NCBI GenBank assembly: GCA_019828565.1
Contig: JAHDYR010000057.1
Span: 1 to 53,688, forward strand
Length of the DNA stretch: 53,688 nt
Direction: 5' to 3'
DNA from: Carpediemonas membranifera BICM
Lineage: Eukaryota; Protista; Fornicata
Program-made: the position numbers and the translations under genes
Shown here: piece after piece, positions 43,601 through 53,688 of the stretch
Layout: each line of letters opens with the position of its first letter
Position numbering within the stretch: the stretch's first letter is position 1
Notes under the pieces: model-generated
Database searches by the model: none
Seen by the model: only the letters and a program-made list of their open reading frames with translations
Told to the model about the DNA's origin: nothing

Positions 43601-45560
43601 CTCAACCGGCTGCTTAAGGGCTCTCCGGGGAAGTCGTCCCCCGTGGCCTGGGGCGCCGAGCAGGACGCCGCTTTCGCTAAGATGAAAGACCTGGTCACCG
43701 AACACACGGCGCTCGCCCTCCCAGACTTAGACAAGCCCTGGACCTTGGAGACCGATGCCTCCTCAGTAGCGATCGGCGGGGTCCTCTGGCAGGGCGAAGG
43801 AGTTGAGAAGGTTCCCCTCGCTTTTTATTCCAAGACCTTGGACGAGACTCAGCAAAGGTGGTCGACCGTCGAACAGGAGCTTTACGCGATCATCCACTGT
43901 GTAACTCGACCGGAGTTCTCAGCCCTCCTTAAGATTAAGCCGTTCTCTCTCAGAACCGATCACCGGAACCTTATTTGGCTCCTGAGAAAGACGGACGAGG
44001 AGGGCACGAAAAAGCTTACTCGCTGGCGCCTGACAATGACCGAATACCCCTACTCCATCGCCCACATCAAGGGCGTCCACAATGTCGTCGCCGACTCGCT
44101 GTCCCGTCCTAGCAGCGTCCCAGAGGACCGAGACGACCTCAAGGCCGCTATCGAACAGGTCTCCAGTTCTCACCGTCACCTCATCAACCAGGCCCACGCC
44201 GGTGCACAGGGCCACGTCAGCGTCGCTCAGACGATGGAAAATCTCCGCAACGCCGGGCAGTCTTGGCCCGACATGAAATCGGACGTCCGGGGAGACCCTC
44301 AGAAGTTGCGCCGTCTGCCAGAAGGTTAGACCCCCTGCCCGCGAGAAGACGAAGTGGCACTCCACGCAGCGACTCAAGCCCTTCGAGACGGTCCAGCTTG
44401 ACACAATAGGCCCCCTTCCGGAAGAGGCCGGCATGTCCTACATCATCACGATCGTGGATGTCTTCTCCAAGTTCACGATCCTCCGTCCGGTCGCTACTAC
44501 AAAGGCCGAAGAGGCTGCAGCAGCGATGCTGGATGTGTGGTCCACGTTCGGAGTCCCAAAGGAGATTCAAACCGACCAGGGCACTCAATTCCGTAACGCC
44601 CTCATTGCCGAGTGTAACGCCATCATCAGTCTTCAGCACAGGTTCTCAACCCCTTACCATCCGGCCAGCAACGGAGTCGTTGAACGACTCAACGGCACGA
44701 TCATGTCTCGCATGAGAGCGCTCCTCCTAGACGCAGAGGACGGCAACTGGCCCGCCTATTTACCGCTCGCTCAACACGTCATCAACTCTACCCGCCACGC
44801 CACCACCGGTCGCTCCCCTTTCGAACTGCTGTTCGGCAAAGAATCGACGCTACGGGTCGCCCCGATCGCTCTGGCAAACGCCACGAAGAGCTGCACCCCT
44901 GGGAGCGTTGATGAAGGTGAGATTGTCCGCTTCCAGGAGGACGTAGCCGCTCTACAAGCCCTCGCCCGCGTCAAGATTCGCGCGTACGAGGCGCGCAAGG
45001 CCAAGGCCACAGCAGACACTCATGCGTGGGAGAGAGAACAATACGTTCTCCTGCGCTACCCGGGCAAGCCCCCGGCTAAGATCTACACCCCCCTGCGCGG
45101 ACCCTTCCGCATGGAGGGGAAGGGCGAACACCCGAACACCTACCGCGTCCGTGACCTCGTCACAAGATGCGTCAGCACGGTCCACGCCGACAGACTGGTC
45201 CGATTCGAGACCGATTTATCCGACACCGAGCTCGAGCGGATCGCCGCTTTCGAGCAAGGCGAACAGCCCGTCAAGGAGATCGTCGGTCACAAGAAGAAGA
45301 AGAACGGCTCATTGGAGCTCCTCATCCGTTGGGAAGGCCTCACACCCGACGAAGACTCCTATGTACCCTATAACCGGTACTATGACCAGCTAGCGGCTCT
45401 CGATGATTACCTCGTCGCTCATCCAGAGCATGAAGCCGCGTTCGCCGCCGCCAAGAAGAAGTTCCGCAGTTCCGGGCGCCGTTAATGCGTCCGCATGGGG
45501 GGAAGTGTGACCCTAAACTGCGGGAGTTGGTTGCATAAAACTCATTCGTAACACGGCACA
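40696..45560 (+). mobile_element. Element B: full-length Ty3/Gypsy chromovirus with identical 55-bp LTRs; no TSD
   Basis: TGTGACCCTAAACTGCGGGAGTTGGTTGCATAAAACTCATTCGTAACACGGCACA at 40696-40750 and 45506-45560; PPT GGGGGGAAG at 45497-45505; flanks GGCGG / GTTCG differ. Confidence 0.95.
40771..45485 (+). CDS. gag-pol of element B (CHHC knuckle, protease, RT, RNase H, integrase, chromodomain); two 1-nt frameshifts as assembled (~41870-41895, ~44290)
   Basis: WCKSHGWISNHTTESC lies in the pol frame; FDIGA, LDLRSGYWQ, YVDD, ETDAS, TDHRNL, TDQGTQF, SNGVVERLN, RGPF, VKEIVGH…IRWEGL. Confidence 0.93.
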
Positions 45561-46059
45561 GTTCGAAGTTATCTCACATGACCAGGATATCTACACGTTG
45601 AAGAATCCTGCCGATGAGAAGCCGTTGAAGTTTCATATTTCCCGCTTGCTGCCTTATACCTCTCCCGAAGTACCTGTAGACGATGTTACGTTGGTTGCCC
45701 TGGATTCTGACGAATATCCAGTTGAAAAGATCGTTGCACACCGCAAGGGAAAGACGAAGTCTCGTTGGCAGTTTAAGGTCCGTTGGGATGGCTATGGCCT
45801 GGGAAGGCAAATTCGGGTCCGGGGTCAGATACCAAGCAATCTTAAATTTCTTTCTTTCTTTCTTTCGGATGGCTATGGCCCCGACGACGATCAGTGGCTC
45901 GCGTACCACGATGTGAAGGACCTCAAGGCCCTGGATGAGTATTTGGAGGCTCATCAGGAGCTTCGCCTTTAGGTGGGAAGTGTCGTGCAGTTTAAGGTTA
46001 TGGTCTGCGAACCCAACCTGCGAACCCAATAAACACAGCATCAACCAACTGCTTTAACA
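45561..46059 (+). mobile_element. Element D: 3' remnant of another chromovirus (integrase tail, chromodomain, PPT, ~79-bp LTR at 45981-46059)
   Basis: FHISRLLPY, EYPVEKIVAHR…FKVRWDGYG/PDDDQW; stop at 45972; purine-rich tract AGGTGGGAAG followed by TGT…ACA. Confidence 0.8.
45800..45866 (+). mobile_element. 67-bp retroposed insertion (5'-truncated LINE/SINE-like) with (TTTC)5 tail and 14-bp TSD
   Basis: GGATGGCTATGGCC at 45786-45799 and 45867-45880 flanks an insert ending in TTTC x5. Confidence 0.8.
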
Positions 46060-47820
46060 TGGAACATTGCCACAACGGTCGAGTCGTCTGTCTGGTGTTT
46101 GATGAGTGTGTCATGGTAGCGGGAGTCAATCGTGATGGCTGCGACAGTGGGCGAGGTCGAGTGACCGCAGCGGCTCAGCGCGTCTGCGACTGCGTTCTGT
46201 GTTGAGAGGTTTGAGGATTCGTGATGAGTCCGGGACGAACTGGGCGACATAGTTGAATGATCCCAGTGTCCTCTGAAGCTCCTTTGCGGTGGACGGGAGC
46301 GGTATGGCGTTTACCGCCTCTACCTTCTCTGGGGCAAGTTGTTTCCCCTTCTCCGAGACAATATACCCGACGGCCTCGACGTGGGCTGAGCCTATCGTGC
46401 ACTTCGGGCCTTTAAGGCGCAGTGAATAATGTCTACAGATCCTGAAGACGGTTTTGATCAGGGTGAGAAACTGGGCCTCGGTCTTGGCGTAAATCAAGAT
46501 GTCGTCAAGATAGATGTCCACCCCTTTGTGGAGGACCTCGGCGAACGCCTTCTGCATGGCGCGTTGGAATCTCGCCGGGGCGTTCATCAGGCCGAATGGA
46601 CATCTGGTGAACTCGCAGTATGCGTCTGGAGTGACAAAAGCGGTTTTGGGGATATCTTCCTCGTGCATCCGCATCTGGTAGTAGCCTTGTCTGAGGTCTA
46701 GGCCTGCAAAGTATTTGCAGCCTGATGCTCGGTCTACAAACTCGCGCGTGTTAGGCAGGGGGAAGTTATCCCTCACTGTCTTGGAGTTTAACTCCTTGTA
46801 GTCAATGCAAAGACGGATCTTGGTCGATCCTTTGTGGCCCTGCCTGACTACTACGATCGGCGAGCTGTACGGCCCAGTCGAGTCCTGGATTATCCCGTCT
46901 CGCCTGAGTTGTTCTAGCTCTGTCGACACCAGGCCTTGGGTCACTGGGTCGAGTCTGCGAGCGCGGCATTGTACAATTGCCCGCTCGTCTATCAGTTCAA
47001 TCGACATGGGTTCCAGTCGAGACCCTTCCTTGGGTAGTTCTTCCTCGAAGATATCGTCAAATGAGTTGATTATCTCGAGAATCTCGGGTCGGATCTTCGA
47101 CTCCGGGACGTGGACACCACAGTAGTCGTCGGTTATCGCCATGTTTGCGTCCTCCGTGAGATATTCATGGTAGAACGGCAGCCAGTCCTCGTCCTCCTCA
47201 ATTGAGGAGAGCTTGTGCAGGTTAAGGTTGAGTGTGCCATCGCCAATGAGTGCGAGTGACCTCAGCAAGTCACACCCGATGAGAGCCTTGAAGAACTCAC
47301 CGGGGAGTACGTAGTACTTCCATGTAACCTCCAACGGTGTGACACCTAGTGCTGGGAATGCTGCCTTAAATGTGACTGCTTGATCTGTCACGAGGGAGCG
47401 TCCGTCTCCTAGCGTGACCTTGATCTTTTCCTCGAGAGAGGTCTGCACTGTGTCCTTGGGTAGGGTACGTAGTGCCTTCGAACTAATGAAGCTTCGGCTT
47501 GCACCAGTGTCTACAACGAACGAGTAAGTTTTGCCTTTTACAGTAGCGGGGGTCGTCAGTGGACCCTTCCCGCCCTTCTCGTTAGTCGACGCGCTGTCGG
47601 CGTTGTTGTTCTCGCTGTAGCGGGGGTGCTTATCGCATCTGAAGTCCATGTGGGGACCGCCACAGAAACGACAGGGGCGCGACGGCTTCTTGGGTCCGTC
47701 GGCCGGCGGGCGCTTGGCCGCGTCCGGGCGGTACTGGGCCTTCCTGGCCTGGGCCGGGGCCTTGGGTCCGCCGGCCGGGGTTTGCGAGAGGGGTTGATCA
47801 TGGTCATACGCCCTACATAC
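46060..47820 (-). mobile_element. Element E: internal Ty3/Gypsy fragment (gag tail, protease, RT; RNase H mostly deleted)
   Basis: CRFCGGPHMDFRC, VVDTGAS, LDLRQGYYQM, YLDD. The sequence jumps from LKPL to QNAVADALSR and is truncated on both sides. Confidence 0.88.
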
Positions 47821-48072
47821 TGTCAACATCCCTAGATTATCTTTGCTAAACCCTAGATTATCTTCGACCTCAAAACGCTAGATAATCTACAATTTCTTGC
47901 TCAGAAATGAAGTATTCATTAAATTTAAGCTATTTAGAGATAAACGAAGGTCTTCTTTAGAGTCCATATGATGTACGTAGAGCATGGAAAGAAGCTCTGG
48001 CTCTGACTCCTTGCCTGGTTTGAGCATTTCGCCGTGCAGGTTAAGACGAAACGATAAAATGGACAATAACAG

Positions 48073-48176
48073 AAAATCTAACAGGTAGATTCACTACGAT
48101 AGTGATTATGTGAGTAGTTGAAAGGAGGTACATATGCGCATAATCACTTTCAGAGTGAATCTACCTGTTAGATTTT
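48073..48176. repeat. Long hairpin: perfect 23-bp inverted repeat enclosing a second 10-bp stem
   Basis: AAAATCTAACAGGTAGATTCACT (48073-48095) / AGTGAATCTACCTGTTAGATTTT (48154-48176); inner AGTGATTATG (48101-48110) / CATAATCACT (48139-48148). Confidence 0.9.
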
Positions 48177-49754
48177 GAGATATGGTCGATTTCTTGTTTT
48201 TTGACTTGGCTAGAGTCGAATTGAAGAAAAGGAGAGGCTATTACTCAGGGAATATTGCTCGTCAAAGAAAAGCAAGCAAGGCCGCGAGGTATGGCCACCC
48301 GACCTACAAGATGGGCTGGGTGACATCGCGTAAGGACGACTGGTCTTGCGCGGTCAACGCTGACAAAACTTAGCGATTCAGAGAAATAAATGGCGCCACC
48401 GTATTCAGCACAAGGCAGTGAACTCAGCTATATGTTTTTTTCTCAGTATATTTACCCAGCGGCTGATCCCACAGTTTAAGGACGGGTATTAGCCTGCACT
48501 TTGCATGAAAAAATTATGCCTGAACACGACCAATTATCCAAAACACAGCATTTAGCATGCAACAGGAGCTGGAAGCAGCTGCAACATCTATTCTAGGCCA
48601 TTCCACAACCATTACGCAAGAAATTGACGCAATAGAGGCCATTCAGTCCCATTACTTCATAGATTCACGCTTGAACGATATTACGAGCCTTATCAGGCGA
48701 GAAACAAGAAAGCTGAACGCGATTGGTGACTCCTTTCTCGCTGAGACATATGCAGCATACTGACAGCCACGACACGCTGTTCAAGCAGATTTAAGGGAGC
48801 GCCATCACCAAACACGTAAATAGACCTGTATACGACAACCAGAGACGGACGTATGAGTCAGAACGGTGTGCTACCGGAATACGCAGGGTGTTTTGTGCCC
48901 TGTTGATTCCAGGAGCACGCTGCTCTGGGCCACGTGAGATACCGCGAGACTAAATCCGATCTTTACTATCTCTTACATATGCAAATATCATGAGTGTGTC
49001 CCTGCTCGTGAATGGGAACATCCAGCCAGTCTGAGTCAAAGCTACGGTCTGCTTTCGACAAGACAGTGCGCCATAGGCCGTTGACTAAACACCATGTGCA
49101 GCTTTTGGCACTCAGTCGACCTCTGTTTGAAGGTCAAGTGGATGGTCTATGGAAGAAGGTGTTGAGGTAGGGCTCGTGTTTGACGGGCAATGAGGAAGGA
49201 GAGATCTCACTGGATGTGTGCATCTGCGGCAAGTATGAGTAAAGAATGAAAACATGATTGGTAGTTATAGATCGCGAGAATAGGCATTCTCATCTGCATT
49301 GCGGAGAAAAGGAGTTGATGTTGTATTAAGAAAAGGACGAATGCATTATCAGCCATTTGAATGCATGGCTCCAAACTACACGCGTTTTGGCGTTGATATT
49401 GATTATTAAATGCACTGTTGGTAGCCTATTGAGGGATTTCGTCACTGTACTCGAATGCACAAGTGTGCATTTTATGCTCGCAACGAGACTGAAATGGCGA
49501 ACTGACGAATAGAAAGAATACGCTGCAAAAGGGGGCACAATGCGCTCAGAGAGCGATACTGCCGACAGTATCGTCTTTTCCTTCATCTGACATTGTAAAG
49601 AGGAAGAGTTTATGATTGGAGCATAGCTGATGTCCATAAACACCATTCATAAGCCAGTCCTGGCTTGTTTTCCACTGCTACTTCTCTCGTTGCGACGCAC
49701 AGCTAGCTGTCGCGAAATGCACTTTAAGACCAATTTTCACACAGCTACCTGTGC

Positions 49755-49977
49755 ATGGTGTTCGAGCTAGATAGCGACAAGCTGGAGCGACTTACTTCCT
49801 TACCTGGTAATAGTAGACAATATCTGCACGACTTTGAACCTGAAAAGCTGCAGGTCGTGATCAAAGTTGATGAGCATTATGGTATGGAGGTTCCCACCCT
49901 GCTAGCGCTCAAGGACAGTCCGCATGTCCTCCCTGTCGTCGATACAGGTTTTGTCGACCGTGATCCAGCCTATATGC
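49755..49977 (+). pseudogene. Possible protein-kinase N-lobe fragment
   Basis: QVVIKV…MEVPTLLALKDSPHVLPVVD resembles kinase subdomains II-IV; interrupted by an inverted-repeat element. Confidence 0.3.
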
Positions 49978-50308
49978 GGTATTGCAATTTCAGAATTTCG
50001 TACATACAAAATTATCAAATACTTGGATTCGACCTAAACTTGGCTCAGATCCGCAATCCTGAGCTGGAGTGGGTTCATGGGAACATTTTAAAATTTTAAA
50101 GTAGTCATGAACATCCAAATTCTAAGACAATCTCCGGTACTGGAAGTAATTCTGAAATTGCAATACCAACACAAGTTATATTTCTGAAAACCGAATACAC
50201 GGTGATACTGTTATCTATTAGCTCCAGTAGGGACCCAGGCCAGGTTTTGTACACCCTACCCGCTTGCCTCGGAATTCGGACATGCCGAAATTCTGAAATT
50301 CGAATACC
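49978..50308. repeat. MITE-like inverted repeats
   Basis: GGTATTGCAATTTCAGAATT (49978-49997) pairs perfectly with 50148-50167; a 23-nt extension pairs at 21/23 with 50286-50308. No TSD seen. Confidence 0.6.
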
Positions 50309-51120
50309 ACCGCCCATTTTTGACGTATGAGATCAGTATCCCATGCCAAACCTCAGGACGGCATTGTGTACCTTGTCCTGCCCTGTATCCATTAGATAAC
50401 CACCCACTTTCCTTTCACAATGTGCATTTTATGCTCGCAACGAGACCGAAATGAGGATCTTAAGAATAGAAAGAATACTGGCGGCTTTAACGTAGTAGGC
50501 ATGCACATATCACTAAGAAACATCAGTAAGCGAGCGCAGAGCATCATTAAAGCAACAATTATCCCTAAACAACATCAACAACTATAAGTCCACTAGGACC
50601 ATACGATATGAACTATAAATGAACCACAGAGCAGTATAGATGATTTGAGAGTACCAGGCATGGCCAGAATACCGCAATACTCGCCCGTTGATCCACGTGA
50701 CCTCCATCTTGGTCGGTATCCAGAGAACGCCCGTCAGACGCTTGCAACGGAACATTTAGGGGTGCATCCTGAATAGGGCCAGATTTGAGGGACCCTTGGT
50801 CTGATATGTCATGACCGAGTTCTCTAGGGGCCTCCACAGTGCGTCCCGAGGTACGTTAGAGCACCACAGACCTTCCCCCAAAAGCTGACTCCTGGACCCC
50901 TTGGCCGGAGCTCGCCCGAAGCGTGCCTCGGCTTGAACTAACGGCAAGAGAGCATAAAATCAGCCCTTTCGAACCGTGTTTTTATGCTCTGCTGCCGTTA
51001 TAGAATTATTCAAAGGGCCCTCTCTTTGCGCTTTTTTTCTGGTTCGTGGGACGAAGTAGGGACGGACAAAAAGCACATACGGAAGGTATTGGAGGTACTG
51101 AGGCCGCCCTAGGTACATAG

Positions 51121-53072
51121 TTGCCGTGTGGATGGTTTCAGTTTATTAAGGAGGAGCTCCAGGATAAGTTGAAGAAGCAGTTTATGGCACTCGCCGGACC
51201 AAGAAGTTCCAAGAAGCTGAAGCATATCGTGTATAGCCAGGAGAAGCGCAAGGCGCGTAAGGCCATTATTGAGGCCATTGACGCCGAGGGGAGAAGGACA
51301 AGGGCAAGGGCAAGGCCGAGAGCGCTAAGAAAGAACCCGTCGACGATGAGAGTGGCGTGGACAGTGGTGAAGAGAGCGGCGTCGACGATTCTGAGTTGTG
51401 CGACAGTGAGAGTGAGGTGGACTTTGACAACGAGTCCGACGATGAGATTAGAGAACGCGCGATCAAGCGCCGGCGCGAGAGAAAAGATCGCCCAGAAGCT
51501 CAAGGAGTGGGAGGACAATAACGCTCGCAACTACGTCCTGTGGCATAGAGTCCAGAAGGAGGTGCACGGCGAGCTTCGCATTCGCGCCTCTCGAGAGTCA
51601 GCTTCGGTTGCTGGGGACAACCACGTCGACGTCCAGTTCGACAGATACCTTCGCGTATCCAAGCTGCTCGAAATGAAGGACTGGATTCACAAAGACCTCC
51701 CATCTCTTCCGATGGAGGCACGAGTGCTCCATCACAAGGCGCAGAAGAGAGTACTCGAGCTGGAGGAGACCGTCACGAGGCTGCTGCAAGACGTGGGGTA
51801 CGCAGCTGACATCTCCATGGGTGCCAGCCCGACACCCGCGCCGTTTCGCCGCGACCTACCCCAGTCGGGCACACACCAAGCACGAACGAGTACCCCCCGC
51901 CGTACGGGGAAGAGCGACACAATCCACATGAAGCGCAAGGCCCTCATGACAATCCCTCAGAAGATCGCTGATGTCGATAGCAACTCAGAGGAGTCAGACG
52001 AGGAGGAGATGGTGACAGAGGAGAAGAAAGCGCGAGAGCACACGAGGAGGTGGTGACAGAGGGAGAGGAAGGGTGGAGTCACATGAGGGAGGACGTGACC
52101 AAATGCGACGCCTGCATCCAGGCTGAGCCCGAGAAGAGCCAGGCCAGAGGACTCGGAGGAGGAGTCAGAGGAGGAAGAGGAGCCAGTGGAGGAGGGGTGA
52201 GGCAGAGGAGGAGGAGCAGGAGGACGAGATGGCTGAGTCAGAGGTGAATGCAGAGTCAGAGGAGAAGCGTAGAGGCAGATAAGGAGCAAGAGGCAGACAA
52301 CGAGGTGGCATTCGAGGCTGAGTCGGACGTTGAATATGTCCAGGTCGACCACGTCGACCCAGCTTCCGAAGCAGATGAGGAGCAGGGAAGTCAAGTTTAG
52401 AGTTGACGTCGCCAATCAGCTGGAGAAAGAGCAAGCAGTGGGTCAGATACAAAACCCTACCCCACGGCAACTGCATGACACACTGCCTCATGATGATCCG
52501 AGGGCGTCACGGAGCCTCATGCGTTCAAGAGCTGGGAGACGATGACGAATGAAGAGCAGTGTGCAGTGGAGACGAAGGCGGACAACTACCGCGAGCAGAT
52601 ATACAAAGGAAGCGATAGAGATGAACCGGCGGGCCACTCCGGGGGTACAGGCGGCCCGAGGAGGGTCTCCCGGGACGAACTTTTTCCATGAAGTGTGCAG
52701 TGTACACACTGTCACGGAGGAGAGCAACATCAGTAAGCCAATCATGCAGGAGAAGTGGTTGACTCAGTGGGCTGTTGAAGCCTGGTGCTCAATGACTGGA
52801 AAGTCCGTTGCATACCTCCATGTTGTCCGGGATTTTTGACCCAAAGATCGATCCAGTCGTCGGCATGTACGTTTTTAGCAAAGTCTGAGGAGGGCAAGGT
52901 GACACATGTCGCGTTTAAGCCCAACGAAAACGGCCAGAGCGCCCTGGCGTGTTTTGCCCAACAGTGTCGCGAGTGGGAAATCGAGTATGCGGTCGAAGTG
53001 ACAAGGGGACACGCCACTCTGCGCAAGGTTCCTCCCGGGCTGAAGAGGAGGAGATGGTCAGTGAAGAAGTAA
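51121..53072 (+). pseudogene. Frameshifted, acidic/low-complexity coding relic, product unknown
   Basis: Successive overlapping + strand ORFs with GAG-rich coding-like composition that switch frame; no motif recognised. Confidence 0.4.
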
Positions 53073-53688
53073 AGAGTAAAGGATTGATATACCGACCGTA
53101 TCGCTTATGTTTATGTGACCTTGAGGTTGATTCGCGGTTTGTAGGTGGGTATGGTGCTATATTACTCAGCCTGCTGTATATGTCTAGTCTACAGCCTGTA
53201 TGCAGCTGTCTGTGGTGGTAAATATCGTCGGCTGGCCGAGAAAGCATAAACTGCACACTTGTGCATTCGAGTACAGTGACAGAAATCCCCTCAATATGCT
53301 ACCAGCAGTGCACTTAATAACCAATATCAACGCCAGAAACGCGTGTAGTTTGGAGCCGTCCAGTTTTTGCGCTAGTAATGCCTCCAAAACCCTTTTAATC
53401 AACATCATCTTCTGTTATCGACCATGTCAACGAGAATGATCAGAATAAACGACGATTTGGCACTGAATGAACCTTGTAATGAGACTGGTCAGAAGCCTGT
53501 GGACTTCGCTCGCAGCTCTCCGTCGCAACATCAAAGATCGTCATCGAGGACATGAAGATCGGAGGCTCGAGGCTCGAGGCGCTCAAAATCAGCTCGGCTC
53601 AGCTCGGCACTCAAAACTCAAAAGGCGAAAATCGGAAATCAGGCGAGGCTCGAGACTCGACATCAAAATCCGGCAGGCTTTTGCGTAG

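Noticed and set aside
53560-53688. GGCTCGAG/CTCAAAA short degenerate repeats at the window end
   Set aside because: Irregular and cut off by the window edge; cannot be defined as a satellite or telomere-associated repeat.

Overview
Eukaryotic DNA from a very compact, GC-rich protist genome: genes about 60-900 bp apart, GT-AG introns of 28-35 nt, and flagellar/centriolar genes. The style suggests a free-living metamonad such as a Carpediemonas-like organism, but that is inference only. Bases 1-32000 hold about 20 housekeeping genes (cathepsin B, Cdc20-like, RPS3, LSm1, amino-acid transporter, cysteine-rich surface protein, bromodomain, SAC1, FOR20, adenylate kinase, LPCAT, epsilon-tubulin and others), including one bacterial-looking P-loop kinase. 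From about 32000 to 47800 lies a nested mobile-element island. A 5'-truncated Fanzor (eukaryotic TnpB-like RNA-guided nuclease) is split in frame by a Ty3/Gypsy chromovirus with a 4-bp TSD, and four more chromovirus-type elements or fragments follow. The most unusual signals are four. (i) Both complete LTR elements have tiny LTRs (55 and ~110 bp) and, in place of a tRNA primer-binding site, a perfect 12-bp palindrome overlapping the last LTR base, with the gag ATG exactly 20 nt after the LTR. (ii) One element carries an antisense, intron-containing accessory gene ending in a chromodomain-like fold. (iii) The Fanzor keeps all three RuvC catalytic residues and has a candidate omegaRNA hairpin over its stop codon. 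(iv) The Fanzor is bracketed by a 24-bp direct repeat. The last 6 kb is degenerate, hairpin-rich, poorly coding DNA. All calls come from motif recognition by eye; no searches were run.
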